This document shows, piece after piece, positions 39,695-50,474 of a stretch of DNA of 64,000 bases. The position numbers were made by a program, and so were the translations under genes. The stretch covers positions 1-64,000 of the forward strand of contig CAVSNY010000003.1 of the NCBI GenBank assembly GCA_963729605.1. Reading direction: 5' to 3'. The first letter of the stretch is position 1; each line of letters opens with the position of its first letter. Origin of the DNA: an uncultured Gammaproteobacteria bacterium. GTDB lineage: Bacteria > Pseudomonadota > Gammaproteobacteria > DRLM01. The notes under the pieces were generated by a model. The model was given only the letters and a program-made list of their open reading frames with translations, did no database searches and had not been told where the DNA came from.

Positions 39695-42600
39695 CTAATC
39701 GCGTTCGATGGTGTAGAGCAAGTCGGCGCTGCTGTGCGTGCCGCTTTCCGCTTGCAGCGTCCACAGCCGGTTGATTTGATAACTCACCACGAAGACGTTG
39801 AAGTTTTCAAACAGACCCAGGCCGTAACTGACGTAGAGTTTCGGCGATAGATAATGGCGGATGACGAGGGCGCCTTCGCCGTAACCGCCGCCCGCTTCCA
39901 GCCGCACGTCGTCGATGCCGAATTGCCTGCCGAGCTGGGTGGCGAGAAAACCGCCGCCGAACAGGCCCAGCGCGGCGGCGGCGCCGTACATCTCTTCGCC
40001 TTCGGCGGTGGAGGCCTGCGACACCGGCCTGCCTAGCAGCAAATAGGAGAGCGCGTCGGTCTCCGCCATGACCGGTTCGGAGAACAGGGTGACTTGCGGC
40101 GCCTTCAGTGTACCGCGCACCAGCAGGCCGGCGGTCACCTCCTCCACGTGGCGCACCGCGCGCACGTCGAGGCCGGGGTTGTCCACCGGCCCGCCGAAAA
40201 ACATCAGGCGTCCCCGCTCGATGGTCAGTTCCTGGCCGTAGGCGCGGTATTCGCCTTCGATGACCCGCAACTCGCCGCGCGCGGTGGTGGGTTGCTGCGG
40301 CGCATCGACGAGGACGATGTCGCCGGCGAGCCGTGCGCGCAGGCCGAAGCCGTCGAAGCGTACGAAATCGCCGAGGCGGATGCGCACCTGGCTGTGGATT
40401 TGCCACGAACTCTTCTGCGCCGACGGGCCTTGCGGGCTGACGATCACCACATCGTCGGACACCGACACCGCGCCGCTCAATTGCCGGGGCCGGATATGGG
40501 CCTCGGGGATGGTGATCTCGCCTTCCAGATCCACCCGATGACCGAGCACGCTGAGGTGGATGTCCGGCGAGGCGATGATGCGCATCTCCGAGGTATTCAT
40601 GATTTCAACGTCTTTACCGACGGCGTTGAGCTTGGTCTGCCAGTCGCCGGTCGCCAGCTGGCGGGATTCGCCTCGCAGGCTGAGCGAACCTCGCGGCGAT
40701 TGCAGGCTGGCGTCGATGCTGAAGTGATCGCGGCCGTGGGCCTCGAGCATAATCCGCGTGTCTTTGACGTGGATGCCCAAGCCGGGCAGGTCCGCGCTGC
40801 CTTTTTCCAGTCGCAGGGACCCGGTCAATTTGGGTTCGGCGAGCGAGCCGGCGAGCCGCAAATTCCCGTTGATAGTGCCCTGGGTGTTTTCCAGCGCGGG
40901 TAGGAAGAGCGGCAGCACGCTGAGATCGCGGAGGTCGGCGCTGGCCTGGCCGCGCAGGCTGTCCGGCGCGGCGTCGGCGCCGCCGCCGAGCGGTTTAGGC
41001 AAGGCCTCGCGCCGGACATCGAAGGCGCCGGCGGCGTGGCCGCCGTCATCCATATCGAGTTGCAGGTCGAGGCGTAGCGCCTCGCGGTCGAGCTCGCCGC
41101 CGATCCGGCCATTTTTGTAGCTGAGACCGATATTGTTCTCGCGGGCGCTGGCCGCTTGTGAGATGGCGCCGGCGCCCAGCCGTGCGTCGACGCGGCCGGT
41201 GATGAAACCGCTTTGATCGGCCTGGGCCTGGGCGTCGAGATCGAATTCGCCGCTGATGATCGCGCCCGGCGGCAAGATCCTCTGCGCCACGCTCAAGGGC
41301 AGGCCGCGGGCGCCGGCCTGCGCCTGCCAACCCTGCTGTTTGTCCCATTGCGCCGAGGCGCAGATCCGGCCGGTATCCTGGCGCAGGCACAGCGAATCGA
41401 GCTGGACGTTGCCGGCCGCGGGGTCGCCGCGCAGCGGGGCGGGTGTTTGCAAGCTCCACGCGCCGCTGAGTTTGTGATCGACGTCGAGCCGGGCCACCGT
41501 ACCCCGCCATAACGAATCGAGGTAGCCGCCGGACAGTTCGGTTTCGAAGCGGCCGGGCGCGCCGCTCACCGCGGCGCGTAGCGTATGTTGTTCGGTGTTG
41601 CCGTCGGCGCGCAGGAGGGCGTGTTCGAATTCGAGTTGATCGATGCCGAGATTCTCCGCCTGCACCTCCAGCGCCGAGGGATGGGTGCCGGAAGTATCGA
41701 CGGACATCACCAATTGCATTTGCTCGGCGCGGTAAGCGCCGAAGCGCAAATGGGTGCCGATCAAGGAAGAAGTCAGCACCGGGGCGTCGCGCGGACCGCT
41801 CACTTGGCCGCCGCCCTGAAAGGTGCCGCCGCTCCCAGGCAGCAGCGCCGCCAGATTGTTCGCGGTCACCTCCCAGCGTCCGTCCCACTGTTCGCCGAGG
41901 GTGCCGTGGACGTTCACTTTGTTTTCGCCGGATTGAGCCTGGAAGCGCGACAGGGTGATCTCCGTGCCGTGCATGGCGGCCGCGACGGTCCCGGTGAAGG
42001 GGTGATCGAGCAGGGTGCCGGCGACGTCGGGGATGTCCACGCTGAGGTCGTGCACGCCGTTGCGTTGCCTGCCTTCGGCATGGCCGGCGAAATTGAGCGT
42101 GCCCGGCCAGGCCGGCCATTGACGGCCGGGATCGATATCCCGCGCTTGCCAGTCGGCGCGCCAGCTCAGGCCGGATTTCCATTGCACCTCGCCTTGGCCG
42201 CGCAAGCGGCCGGCGAGTATGTCGGCCTGGACGTCGGAGAAGATCAAACGTTCGGCCGTGCCTCGCGCGGTGATCCGCCATTGCCCGGCCGGGATGTCTT
42301 TGCCTGACACGTCGCCTTGCAGTTTGAGCGCGTATTTTTTTGGCGTGCCGGTGACGGTGAAGCGGCCTTGCGCGCTTTGCACCTGCGGTCCGTTGGCCAG
42401 CGGCCAGCGCAGTGCGTTCCACCGGCCGTTCAAGTCGGCGTGGATTTCCTGGCCGAGGGTGATCCGGCCGCGTACGGTCACCGCGCTGGCGGTGTTGCCG
42501 AGTACGCTGTGCAGGCGATGAATGGTGAGGACGTCGGCGCCGTTGTAGCCGAGGTCGAGGTCGTGCGCCAGCCGCAGGTCTTTTTGAGTTGTCCGCAGAC

Positions 42601-43462
42601 GACCGGTGATGCGCATTTCCTGTTCTTGGCCGCTGCCGTGCAGTTGGCCACCGACCCGCAGGTCGGGCCAGCCACTATGAATGGCGCGCAGATTGAAATC
42701 GGCGGCGCTGAGGTCGGCATCCCAGGTCAGCCCGCTCAAGGGCGACGATATCCGGCCGTTCAGGCTGGCCGTGACGGGCGATGCCAATTGTTGTTCGACC
42801 TGAAGTCGTTTGGCGTCGCCGTGCAGGCGGCCCGCGCCTTCCCATAGACCGTACTCCGCGGCGTCGAAGCGCCATTGCACTTGGAGGTCGAGCGGGTAAT
42901 CGCCTTGCGGCGTGAGGTCGCCGAACGCGCTGAGACGATAAGCGGGGCCTTCGACCTCCAACCGCTGGATGTGGCCGCCGTCGTGCTCCCAGCGGGTTGA
43001 TAAGGCGGCGGAGGTCAATTCGAAGGCGGTCGCTTGCCCGCGCTCTTGTAAGTGGAGGGCGGATAACCGGGCCTGGTCGATGCGCAAGCGAAAGGGCAGA
43101 TGGATGTCCGGCAGGGTGGGAGGCTCGTCGGACGTGGCGGCGTAGTTCACGGTGAGATTGTGTACGGTCAGTGAATGTATATGCAGCAACCTGGCGGTGA
43201 GCTCACCCGGTGACCAGTCGAGATCCAAGCGCTCCAGCTCGATTTCGGTATCTTGATCGCGATAATGGAGACCGCGTAAACGCAGCGGGCCGAGCAGGCG
43301 GCCGTGTAATTCGGCGATGGATAATTGGCCGGGCAGCAGCATGACGGCGGTGCGGTAAGTCCATTGCAGGCCCCATTCGGTACCGGCGATGACCAGGCCG
43401 AATAAAATCAGCGCGGTGACCAGGGTCAAGCCGGTGGCGAACAACCGGGCCAGCCACTTCAC
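39695..43462 (-). CDS. tamB: Translocation and assembly module TamB
   Basis: GTG start overlapping the tamA stop, N-terminal TM helix, C-terminal DUF490 (AYGQ.L.I..G, NPGLDVRA, ALSYLLLGR). Confidence 0.93.
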   Translation of the reverse strand: MKWLARLFATGLTLVTALILFGLVIAGTEWGLQWTYRTAVMLLPGQLSIAELHGRLLGPLRLRGLHYRDQDTEIELERLDLDWSPGELTARLLHIHSLTVHNLTVNYAATSDEPPTLPDIHLPFRLRIDQARLSALHLQERGQATAFELTSAALSTRWEHDGGHIQRLEVEGPAYRLSAFGDLTPQGDYPLDLQVQWRFDAAEYGLWEGAGRLHGDAKRLQVEQQLASPVTASLNGRISSPLSGLTWDADLSAADFNLRAIHSGWPDLRVGGQLHGSGQEQEMRITGRLRTTQKDLRLAHDLDLGYNGADVLTIHRLHSVLGNTASAVTVRGRITLGQEIHADLNGRWNALRWPLANGPQVQSAQGRFTVTGTPKKYALKLQGDVSGKDIPAGQWRITARGTAERLIFSDVQADILAGRLRGQGEVQWKSGLSWRADWQARDIDPGRQWPAWPGTLNFAGHAEGRQRNGVHDLSVDIPDVAGTLLDHPFTGTVAAAMHGTEITLSRFQAQSGENKVNVHGTLGEQWDGRWEVTANNLAALLPGSGGTFQGGGQVSGPRDAPVLTSSLIGTHLRFGAYRAEQMQLVMSVDTSGTHPSALEVQAENLGIDQLEFEHALLRADGNTEQHTLRAAVSGAPGRFETELSGGYLDSLWRGTVARLDVDHKLSGAWSLQTPAPLRGDPAAGNVQLDSLCLRQDTGRICASAQWDKQQGWQAQAGARGLPLSVAQRILPPGAIISGEFDLDAQAQADQSGFITGRVDARLGAGAISQAASARENNIGLSYKNGRIGGELDREALRLDLQLDMDDGGHAAGAFDVRREALPKPLGGGADAAPDSLRGQASADLRDLSVLPLFLPALENTQGTINGNLRLAGSLAEPKLTGSLRLEKGSADLPGLGIHVKDTRIMLEAHGRDHFSIDASLQSPRGSLSLRGESRQLATGDWQTKLNAVGKDVEIMNTSEMRIIASPDIHLSVLGHRVDLEGEITIPEAHIRPRQLSGAVSVSDDVVIVSPQGPSAQKSSWQIHSQVRIRLGDFVRFDGFGLRARLAGDIVLVDAPQQPTTARGELRVIEGEYRAYGQELTIERGRLMFFGGPVDNPGLDVRAVRHVEEVTAGLLVRGTLKAPQVTLFSEPVMAETDALSYLLLGRPVSQASTAEGEEMYGAAAALGLFGGGFLATQLGRQFGIDDVRLEAGGGYGEGALVIRHYLSPKLYVSYGLGLFENFNVFVVSYQINRLWTLQAESGTHSSADLLYTIERD

Positions 43463-45219
43463 AGATCCGGCCCCACGTTGATGTGCAGCCGGAACGGGTT
43501 GCCGGGTTCGCTGATGGCCCAGGCGAAATCGAAGCGGATCGGACCGACCGGCGAGAGCCAGCGCCCGCCGAAACCTGCGCCTTCTTTGAGGTGCTCCCGC
43601 CAATCGTTGATGGCGTTGCCTTTGTCGTAGAACAGCGCGCCGCTCCACTTCTCGGTGAAGCGGTATTCGTATTCCAGACTGCCCACCAATAAATGTTCGC
43701 CGCCGACCACCCGGCCTTGCGCGTCGCGCGGCCCGAGGTCGTTGTAGCCGTAACCGCGCATGCTTTGGCTGCCGCCCGCGAAGAAACGCACCGAGGTGGG
43801 CAGGCTGCGGATGGGATCGAGAAAGGTGGTGCCGGCGTCGCCGCGGGCGATGAAACGGTGGCGCGAGGCCAGCGTGGCGACCCCCTTGGCCTGGGTGCGC
43901 AGTTGCACGAATTCATGATCCGAAAGCAGCGAGGGATGGGCGCCGCGCAGATCGACGAGCAGGCGCAGGCCGCGGCTGGGATAGGTGCGCAGATCGGCGA
44001 TGACCCGTGAATAGGTGACGCCGGGGATGAGCAGCACCGAGTCGCCGCGGTCGTCACCGATGCGGAAAGACTCGGTTTGGTATTTGAGATAGACGGTCTC
44101 CAGCCAGCCCGAGCGCCGGGCCAGGGTGTGACTGAGGCCCACCAGAAAGGTCTCGCTCTGGCTCTCGTTGGGATGATCGTTGGACCAGCTGGTGGTGAGG
44201 GCGACTTCATCGCTGCGCGGATTGCGGATCGGCCAACTGTAACGGGTGCTCAGGCTGTCGTTGATTTCGGAGATTTGGTAATCGGCACGGAAACGGTGGC
44301 CGCGGTCGTTTACTCGCCGGTTTTCCCAGCCCAGTCGGCCGCGAGGGCCGGTGTCGGTGCCGTAACCCATGCCGGCGATGTAGCGGTGCCGATGGCGCGG
44401 GACGAGATTCACCGCGATGGGTATCTGTAAATCTTCCGCCAATTCTTGTCGCGGCTCGATTTCGATATTGCCGAAATAATTGCTGTCGAACAACGCGCTT
44501 TGCAATTCCAGTAATTCATTCACCCGGTAAGGTTCGCCGGGTTTGAAAGAGACGTAGCGCTGGATGAAGTCGTCGCGCAACACGCTTTGATTGAAGCGGA
44601 CCTCGCCGAATTGATAACGCGCGCCGGTATCCATGTCGAGTAATACCTCGGCGGTGTTGGCCGCCGGATCGATCCGCAGTTCGTGGGTGAGAAACTGGAA
44701 GTCGAAATAGCCGTTTTCATTGGCGAGGCGCTGAAAGCCTTCTTTCCCGGTTTTATAGTTGCGCTGGTCGAGCACGGCGCCGGGACGCAATGGGAATTCC
44801 CGCGCCAGGCGCTGGAAGTCCGGGTCGTTTTCGCCGCCGCCCTTTATCGTGATGCCGACTTGCGTGACCCGCACCGGCGGACCGATTACGATGTCGTAAC
44901 GAGCCAGCCACCGGCCGTTGGCCTCGCTGAGGCTGGCGGTGGTTTTGGGCTGGTAATAACCGAACGGCGCCAGGGCGTCGGCGATTTCCGCGACGGCCTT
45001 TTGATGGTAGCGCCGCAGCCGGCTTTCGTTGAGGGTCGGGTCATTGCGCTGCTGTTCGATGGTGAGATAGGCACGCACGTTATTCAGCAGCTCATCCTTG
45101 ACGCCTTCGATGCGCACCTCGACATTCAATTCGGCGCGGACCGGAGAGGCCAGGCACAGCAACAAGCATAAGCAAATCGCCGGCCGGCGCCCGCCGCCGC
45201 GCCGCCAGGCCGCACGCAT
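43459..45219 (-). CDS. tamA: Translocation and assembly module TamA
   Basis: POTRA domains plus Omp85 barrel (GYGTDTGPR, RFFAGGSQSMRGY, SPVGPIRFD); an upstream ATG at 45270 is possible. Confidence 0.94.
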   Translation of the reverse strand: MRAAWRRGGGRRPAICLCLLLCLASPVRAELNVEVRIEGVKDELLNNVRAYLTIEQQRNDPTLNESRLRRYHQKAVAEIADALAPFGYYQPKTTASLSEANGRWLARYDIVIGPPVRVTQVGITIKGGGENDPDFQRLAREFPLRPGAVLDQRNYKTGKEGFQRLANENGYFDFQFLTHELRIDPAANTAEVLLDMDTGARYQFGEVRFNQSVLRDDFIQRYVSFKPGEPYRVNELLELQSALFDSNYFGNIEIEPRQELAEDLQIPIAVNLVPRHRHRYIAGMGYGTDTGPRGRLGWENRRVNDRGHRFRADYQISEINDSLSTRYSWPIRNPRSDEVALTTSWSNDHPNESQSETFLVGLSHTLARRSGWLETVYLKYQTESFRIGDDRGDSVLLIPGVTYSRVIADLRTYPSRGLRLLVDLRGAHPSLLSDHEFVQLRTQAKGVATLASRHRFIARGDAGTTFLDPIRSLPTSVRFFAGGSQSMRGYGYNDLGPRDAQGRVVGGEHLLVGSLEYEYRFTEKWSGALFYDKGNAINDWREHLKEGAGFGGRWLSPVGPIRFDFAWAISEPGNPFRLHINVGPDL

Positions 45220-45747
45220 GATGCGCAACCAAGCAGTGGCGGTTATTCGGAATGTGGCTATGGATGACATAGTGGGCGAGCCGGTGAATTACGGTCCATC
45301 GTTAGGTTCGCTAAGAGCGGGTGAATGTCTTGCCAATACTTCCCGCCCCCGCGGATCGAGGGCTTGGAGGAAGGTTGAGATGTTGAAGATCAGGCACGCT
45401 GTCCGAATTTTTCCTCCACGCTGAACTCCCCTCGCGCGGATGAGGGGGGCTTCGCGAATGCCGTCATGGTGGTGATTAACCCGGCATCCAGCTGTATTCT
45501 CTCCGCCGAAGAGGGCGGTGGTGGGAAAGCGGCTGGATAAATCAGCGATTTTTGCATGGACTACTTCTTTCTCCGGCCCTTTCCGCTTGAAAGAGGGCGA
45601 GTCAACTCAGGCTATCCGTGCCGGCCGATTAACCGACGCCCCAGTATAGCCGGATCGGCGGCCGTGTCGCGACCCTGACGCGTCGCGCGGGGCTGCGCGC
45701 GGTCCGCGGATTTGTTTATGATGGCGGCTTTTCAGCGGGGGTGGTCC

Positions 45748-46662
45748 ATGGCGGCGGTAAATGACGAGGTGATCGGGCAATTGCATACCCTGCGCGACTA
45801 TGTGCGCTGGGGGGCGAGCCGCTTCAACGAGGCCGGCCTCTATTTCGGTCACGGCACCGACAACGCGGTGGACGAGGCCCTGCACTTGGTGCTGCACGCC
45901 CTGCATTTGGCGCCGGGGTTGCCCGCGGAATTGATGCACGGCCGGCTCACCCAGCACGAACGACAGGCGGTGGTGAGCTTGTTCAATCGGCGCATACACG
46001 AGCGCTTGCCGGCGGCGTATCTGACCCGCCAGGCCTGGTTCGCGGGGCTGCGCTTTTATGTGGACGAGCGGGTGCTGGTGCCGCGTTCGCCCATGGCCGA
46101 GTTGATCGAGCAGGGTTTTCAACCGTGGCTGAGCGATGAGGTGACGCGGGTGCTGGACATCGGTACCGGCAGCGGCTGCATCGCCATCGCCTGCGCCCAC
46201 GCCTTTCCCGACGCGGAGATCGACGCGGTGGACGTCTCGCCGGACGCCCTCGCGGTGACGGCGATCAATATCAAGCAACATGAACTGGCCGGACGGGTGC
46301 ATGCCTTGCAGTCCGATGTCTTCTCCGCGCTGGCCGGACGGCGTTACCAGCTCATTGTCAGTAACCCGCCCTATGTGGACGCCGCCGACATGGCGGTCCT
46401 GCCCGCCGAATACCGCCACGAACCCGCGCTGGGCCTGGCGGCGGGCGAGGACGGCCTGGATATCGTGTTGAGAATTTTACGCGAGGCGCCGGATTATCTC
46501 AGCGAGGACGGCCTGCTGGCGGTGGAAGTGGGCAACAGCGAGGCGGCCTTGCTCGCGCGCTTTCCCGAGGTGCCCTTCGTGTGGCCGGACTTCACGCGGG
46601 GCGGCGGCGGAATTTTCCTACTGGATTACTCCAGTTTGCAGCGCCACCGGCATTTGTTTTGA
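45748..46662 (+). CDS. prmB: 50S ribosomal protein L3 N5-glutamine methyltransferase
   Basis: FGHGTDNA, RLPAAYL, VLVPRSP, DIGTGSG, SNPPY. Confidence 0.96.
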   Translation: MAAVNDEVIGQLHTLRDYVRWGASRFNEAGLYFGHGTDNAVDEALHLVLHALHLAPGLPAELMHGRLTQHERQAVVSLFNRRIHERLPAAYLTRQAWFAGLRFYVDERVLVPRSPMAELIEQGFQPWLSDEVTRVLDIGTGSGCIAIACAHAFPDAEIDAVDVSPDALAVTAINIKQHELAGRVHALQSDVFSALAGRRYQLIVSNPPYVDAADMAVLPAEYRHEPALGLAAGEDGLDIVLRILREAPDYLSEDGLLAVEVGNSEAALLARFPEVPFVWPDFTRGGGGIFLLDYSSLQRHRHLF

Positions 46663-46728
46663 GTAAGCCGATACCGGCGTGGCGTGAATGGCATACAATA
46701 AACGGGGAAACGCAGTAGGAGTCTCGTT

Positions 46729-48117
46729 ATGTTTCAGTCATTGGTATTCGATCAGGAATTGATCCGCCGTTACGACACCTCCGGCCCGCGTTATACCTCT
46801 TATCCCACCGCGGTGCAGTTCCACGACGGTTTTGGCGAGGCGCAATACCGCACGGCGGCGCAGTTCACCAACGGCAGCGTGCCGCCGCGGCCTTTATCGC
46901 TGTATGTCCACATCCCGTTTTGCGACACCCTGTGTTTCTACTGCGGGTGCAATAAAGTGGTGACCAAGAACCGCGCGCGCGCCGCGCCGTATCTGCAACG
47001 CCTGCACCGCGAGATCGCCTTGCAGGCCCGCTTGTTCGATCGCGAGCGGCCGGTGGAGCAATTGCATTGGGGCGGCGGCACGCCCACTTTCATCAGCCAC
47101 AACGAGATGCGCGCCTTGATGCGGGTGATCGGCGAACACTTCACGCTGTGCGATGACGACAGCGGCGAATACTCCATCGAGGTCGACCCGCGCGAGACCG
47201 ACGACGACACCATCGCCGTCTTGCGTGAGCTGGGTTTCAACCGCCTCAGCCTGGGCGTGCAGGATTTCGAGCCGCGGGTGCAGGTGGCGGTGAACCGCCT
47301 GCAATCGGAAGGCAAAACCCTGACGGTGATGGAACAGGCCCGCAAGCAGGGTTTCAAATCACTCAGTGTCGATTTGATCTACGGCCTGCCGCTGCAAACC
47401 GCGGCCAGCTTCGCGCAGACCTTGGACAAGATCATCGCGGCTGGCCCCGACCGTCTGTCGGTCTTCAATTACGCCCATCTCCCCGCGCTGTTCATGCCGC
47501 AACAGCGCATCAAAGAAGCGGAGTTGCCCAGCCCGGCGGAAAAACTCGAGATCCTCCAGATGACCATCGAGCGTCTGGCGCGGGCCGGTTACATTTACAT
47601 CGGCATGGATCATTTCGCCAAGCCCTCTGACGAGATGGCGGTGGCCCAGCGCGACGGTACGCTCTATCGTAATTTCCAAGGTTATTCCACCCACGCCGAC
47701 TGCGACCTGATCGGTTTCGGTATTACCGCCATCGGTAAAGTCGGCGACACTTACAGCCAGAACGTGAAGACCCTCGACGAATATTATGAACGCATCGACG
47801 CCGGCGCCTTGCCGATCTTCCGCGGCGTCCAACTGGACGGCGACGACGTATTGCGGCGCGAGATCATCACCCGATTGATCTGTCATTTCGAACTGAACAT
47901 GTTGCTCATCGAGCGGCGCTTCAACATCGACTTCACCCGTTATTTCGCCAAAGAGCTGGCCGAACTGGCCGCGATGGAGAACGACGGCTTGCTCGCCGTT
48001 TATAACCAAGTGATCCGCGTGCAGCCGGCGGGGCGCTTGCTGATCCGCAATATCTGCATGGTGTTCGATCGTTATCTGCGCGAGGGGCAGCCGCAGCGGT
48101 TTTCCAAAGTCATTTAA
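46729..48117 (+). CDS. hemN: Oxygen-independent coproporphyrinogen III oxidase
   Basis: GPRYTSYPTA, CxxxCxxC, GGGTP, IGMDHF, RNFQGY. Confidence 0.97.
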   Translation: MFQSLVFDQELIRRYDTSGPRYTSYPTAVQFHDGFGEAQYRTAAQFTNGSVPPRPLSLYVHIPFCDTLCFYCGCNKVVTKNRARAAPYLQRLHREIALQARLFDRERPVEQLHWGGGTPTFISHNEMRALMRVIGEHFTLCDDDSGEYSIEVDPRETDDDTIAVLRELGFNRLSLGVQDFEPRVQVAVNRLQSEGKTLTVMEQARKQGFKSLSVDLIYGLPLQTAASFAQTLDKIIAAGPDRLSVFNYAHLPALFMPQQRIKEAELPSPAEKLEILQMTIERLARAGYIYIGMDHFAKPSDEMAVAQRDGTLYRNFQGYSTHADCDLIGFGITAIGKVGDTYSQNVKTLDEYYERIDAGALPIFRGVQLDGDDVLRREIITRLICHFELNMLLIERRFNIDFTRYFAKELAELAAMENDGLLAVYNQVIRVQPAGRLLIRNICMVFDRYLREGQPQRFSKVI

Positions 48118-48152
48118 AAAATTTCCTTATGTTCAAAATCGAGAGATGCACT

Positions 48153-48464
48153 ATGAATAAGCAAACCAAAATCGCCACTATGGGAATCGTCGCCTGCTTG
48201 ATGCTGGGTGCGCTGGGCACGGCCCAGGCCGCCGCCGGTGACGCCGCCGCCGGCCGTGACAAGGCGAAAACTTGCGCCGCCTGCCACGGTGCCGACGGCA
48301 AAGGCAATGTTCCCCTCGCCGGCAAGAAGGCGGACTACCTCGCGCAGCAGTTGCAGGCCTTCAAGAGCGGTGCCCGCAAAGAAAACATGATGAACATGCT
48401 GGCCAAGAATATGAGCGACCAGGACATCGCCGACCTCGCCGCGTATTTCGCCGCGCTGAAATAA
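48153..48464 (+). CDS. Monoheme cytochrome c (c553/c554-like)
   Basis: Signal peptide, CAACH, distal Met in MMNM. Confidence 0.93.
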   Translation: MNKQTKIATMGIVACLMLGALGTAQAAAGDAAAGRDKAKTCAACHGADGKGNVPLAGKKADYLAQQLQAFKSGARKENMMNMLAKNMSDQDIADLAAYFAALK

Positions 48465-48744
48465 AGTGACGTCGCTGGCGCCTCGGCGCTGATCGCCGCG
48501 GTGAGCCGCTGGTCGCGCGGATCATCCGCGTGCCGTTCCCCGAATTGCCCGCCTTCGTTACCCCCTCAATTGCGTCGATTGCCGAACGCCGCCATTCCCG
48601 CCTGTGTCAGACTGCGCGGGATGCGAGCCATGTCGCCGGCGCCGCCACTACAGCGGCTCCCCCGCCATGCCGATAAATCAGTCAACTTGCAAGAGAAATT
48701 TTTTTACTATATTCTTTCAAATGAAAATCAAGAGGAGGGGCACC

Positions 48745-49119
48745 ATGCAGACGCAAAAAAGCGCTAAAGCCGACCCCAGCCCGGTATTGACCAAGGCCGT
48801 ATTGCGGGCCGCGGACATCATGGGGCTCAACCAAATGACCCTCGCCAAAGTGCTGGGTGTCAGTCCGGCCTCCATCTCCCGCATGCGCGCCGGCGATTAC
48901 CGGTTGAACCCCGCCAGCAAGGAATGGGAACTCGCCACCCTGCTGGTGCGCCTGTTCCGCGGCTTGGATGCCATCATGGCGGGCGATGAAACGGCGCTGC
49001 GTTCCTGGCTGGACAGCCCCAACGCCGCCTTGCACGACAAACCGCGCGCGCTGCTGACACAAGTGACGGGCCTCACCAGGACGGTGGATTATGTGGACGG
49101 TTACCGCGCTCGCGTCTGA
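48745..49119 (+). CDS. Xre/MbcA/ParS-type antitoxin
   Basis: N-terminal HTH (LAKVLGVSPASISR) and C-terminal WL..PN.AL...P..LL motif; GAGGAGG RBS. Confidence 0.9.
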   Translation: MQTQKSAKADPSPVLTKAVLRAADIMGLNQMTLAKVLGVSPASISRMRAGDYRLNPASKEWELATLLVRLFRGLDAIMAGDETALRSWLDSPNAALHDKPRALLTQVTGLTRTVDYVDGYRARV

Positions 49120-49831
49120 GGCGCGTCCTGCGAAAGGTGTCATCTGGCGGGTGGTGGAGGATCAATACCGCGCCTCGACGCGCAAGCTGGTCGACACCCT
49201 CGAAGAACACGACCTCTTGGAGGCCCTGCTCGACCGGGACAAGCCGCCGTATCCCGTCGAGGCGGAAGGGCTGCATTACCTGCTCAAGACCCCGTTCCGT
49301 TATCATCCGCCGCCGCCGTTCGGTTCGCGGTTTCGCCGGCCGGCGGCCGGCAATGGGATATTTTACGGATCCGAAGACATCCGCACCGCCCTGGCCGAAC
49401 TCGCTTACTGGCGCCTCAAATTCTTTCACGACGCGCCCGCCGCGGTGTTACCCCGCCAGGAAGAACGGCTCTCCGTGTTCTCCACGCGTTACGCCACCGA
49501 GCGCCAATTGGATTTAACCCGCGCGCCCTTAAACAAGGATCGCCGACGCTGGATGAATCCGGAAGACTACAGCGACACCCAAGCCTTGGCCGACCGCGCG
49601 CGCGAGGCCGGGATCGACGTGATCCGTTACCAGTCGGTGCGCGACACCCAGCAGGGCGCCAACGTCGCCTTGCTCACGCCCACGGTCTTCGTCGGTAAAA
49701 AACCGGTGACTCAGCAGACTTGGTTTCTCTACCTCGCGCAGGCCGAGATCAACTTCACCCGCGCCCATGCCAAAGGCGTGGAGGATCGGTGGGTATTCCC
49801 GGTGACGCAGTTTGACTTGCCGGCGGGGTGA
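49091..49831 (+). CDS. RES-domain toxin (NAD+ phosphorylase/mART family)
   Basis: WRVVE, GSRF, FYGSE...ALAE, IRYQSVR; overlaps the antitoxin by 29 bp. Confidence 0.9.
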   Translation: MWTVTALASEARPAKGVIWRVVEDQYRASTRKLVDTLEEHDLLEALLDRDKPPYPVEAEGLHYLLKTPFRYHPPPPFGSRFRRPAAGNGIFYGSEDIRTALAELAYWRLKFFHDAPAAVLPRQEERLSVFSTRYATERQLDLTRAPLNKDRRRWMNPEDYSDTQALADRAREAGIDVIRYQSVRDTQQGANVALLTPTVFVGKKPVTQQTWFLYLAQAEINFTRAHAKGVEDRWVFPVTQFDLPAG

Positions 49832-50030
49832 GTGGATCAAGCTGGTATGGCGATCACGATTTCAGTGAGTTCAAGTTTCGCTTTATCACCTCGGTGTGTT
49901 GTCCTCCCCCATGCATCGCCGCTTTTGCGCGTTGCCCAGGACTGGTTTCGCTGCTGGTGAGAGAAGAACTTTTCGATACACTATGCCAATGCGGCCTACG
50001 GCTTCTCTATCTTGAGCAGGTTAAAATTGA

Positions 50031-50435
50031 ATGAATAGTGATATCGGACATGAAACGCGGACGGCGACCGGCGGCCAGGTGACTTTAACGTATCTGATCT
50101 ACGGCCTGCACGCGCTCAGCGCGCTCGGCGGGGTGCTGAGTCCGGCCTTTGTGGTCACGGCGTTCATCAGCGGCTGGCCGTCGATCATCGCGGTGATCAT
50201 CAATTACGTGAAACGCGGGGATGTGCGCGGCAGTTATCTCGAATCGCACTTCCGCTGGCAGATACGCACCTTCTGGTTCGCCTTGCTCTGGGTACTGATC
50301 TCGCTGTTGCTGGCGTTTACCTTGATCGGCATTCCCATCGCCTTGATCGTCGCGTGGATCGCCGGTCTGTGGGTGCTTTATCGCATCGCGCGCGGTTTGC
50401 TCAGGCTGCTCGACGGTAAACCCATGCCGTGGTGA
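50031..50435 (+). CDS. DUF4870-family membrane protein
   Basis: IINYVKR...SHFRWQIRTFW...YRIARG. Confidence 0.85.
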   Translation: MNSDIGHETRTATGGQVTLTYLIYGLHALSALGGVLSPAFVVTAFISGWPSIIAVIINYVKRGDVRGSYLESHFRWQIRTFWFALLWVLISLLLAFTLIGIPIALIVAWIAGLWVLYRIARGLLRLLDGKPMPW

Positions 50436-50474
50436 GTTCGGGTGATGTCTGAGTTAGTAAAGCTAGGCGGCTAA

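Noticed and set aside
43463-43648. N-terminal extension of the TamB ORF in the track
   Set aside because: It overlaps tamA; the GTG at 43462 coupled to the tamA stop gives the expected TM-first protein.
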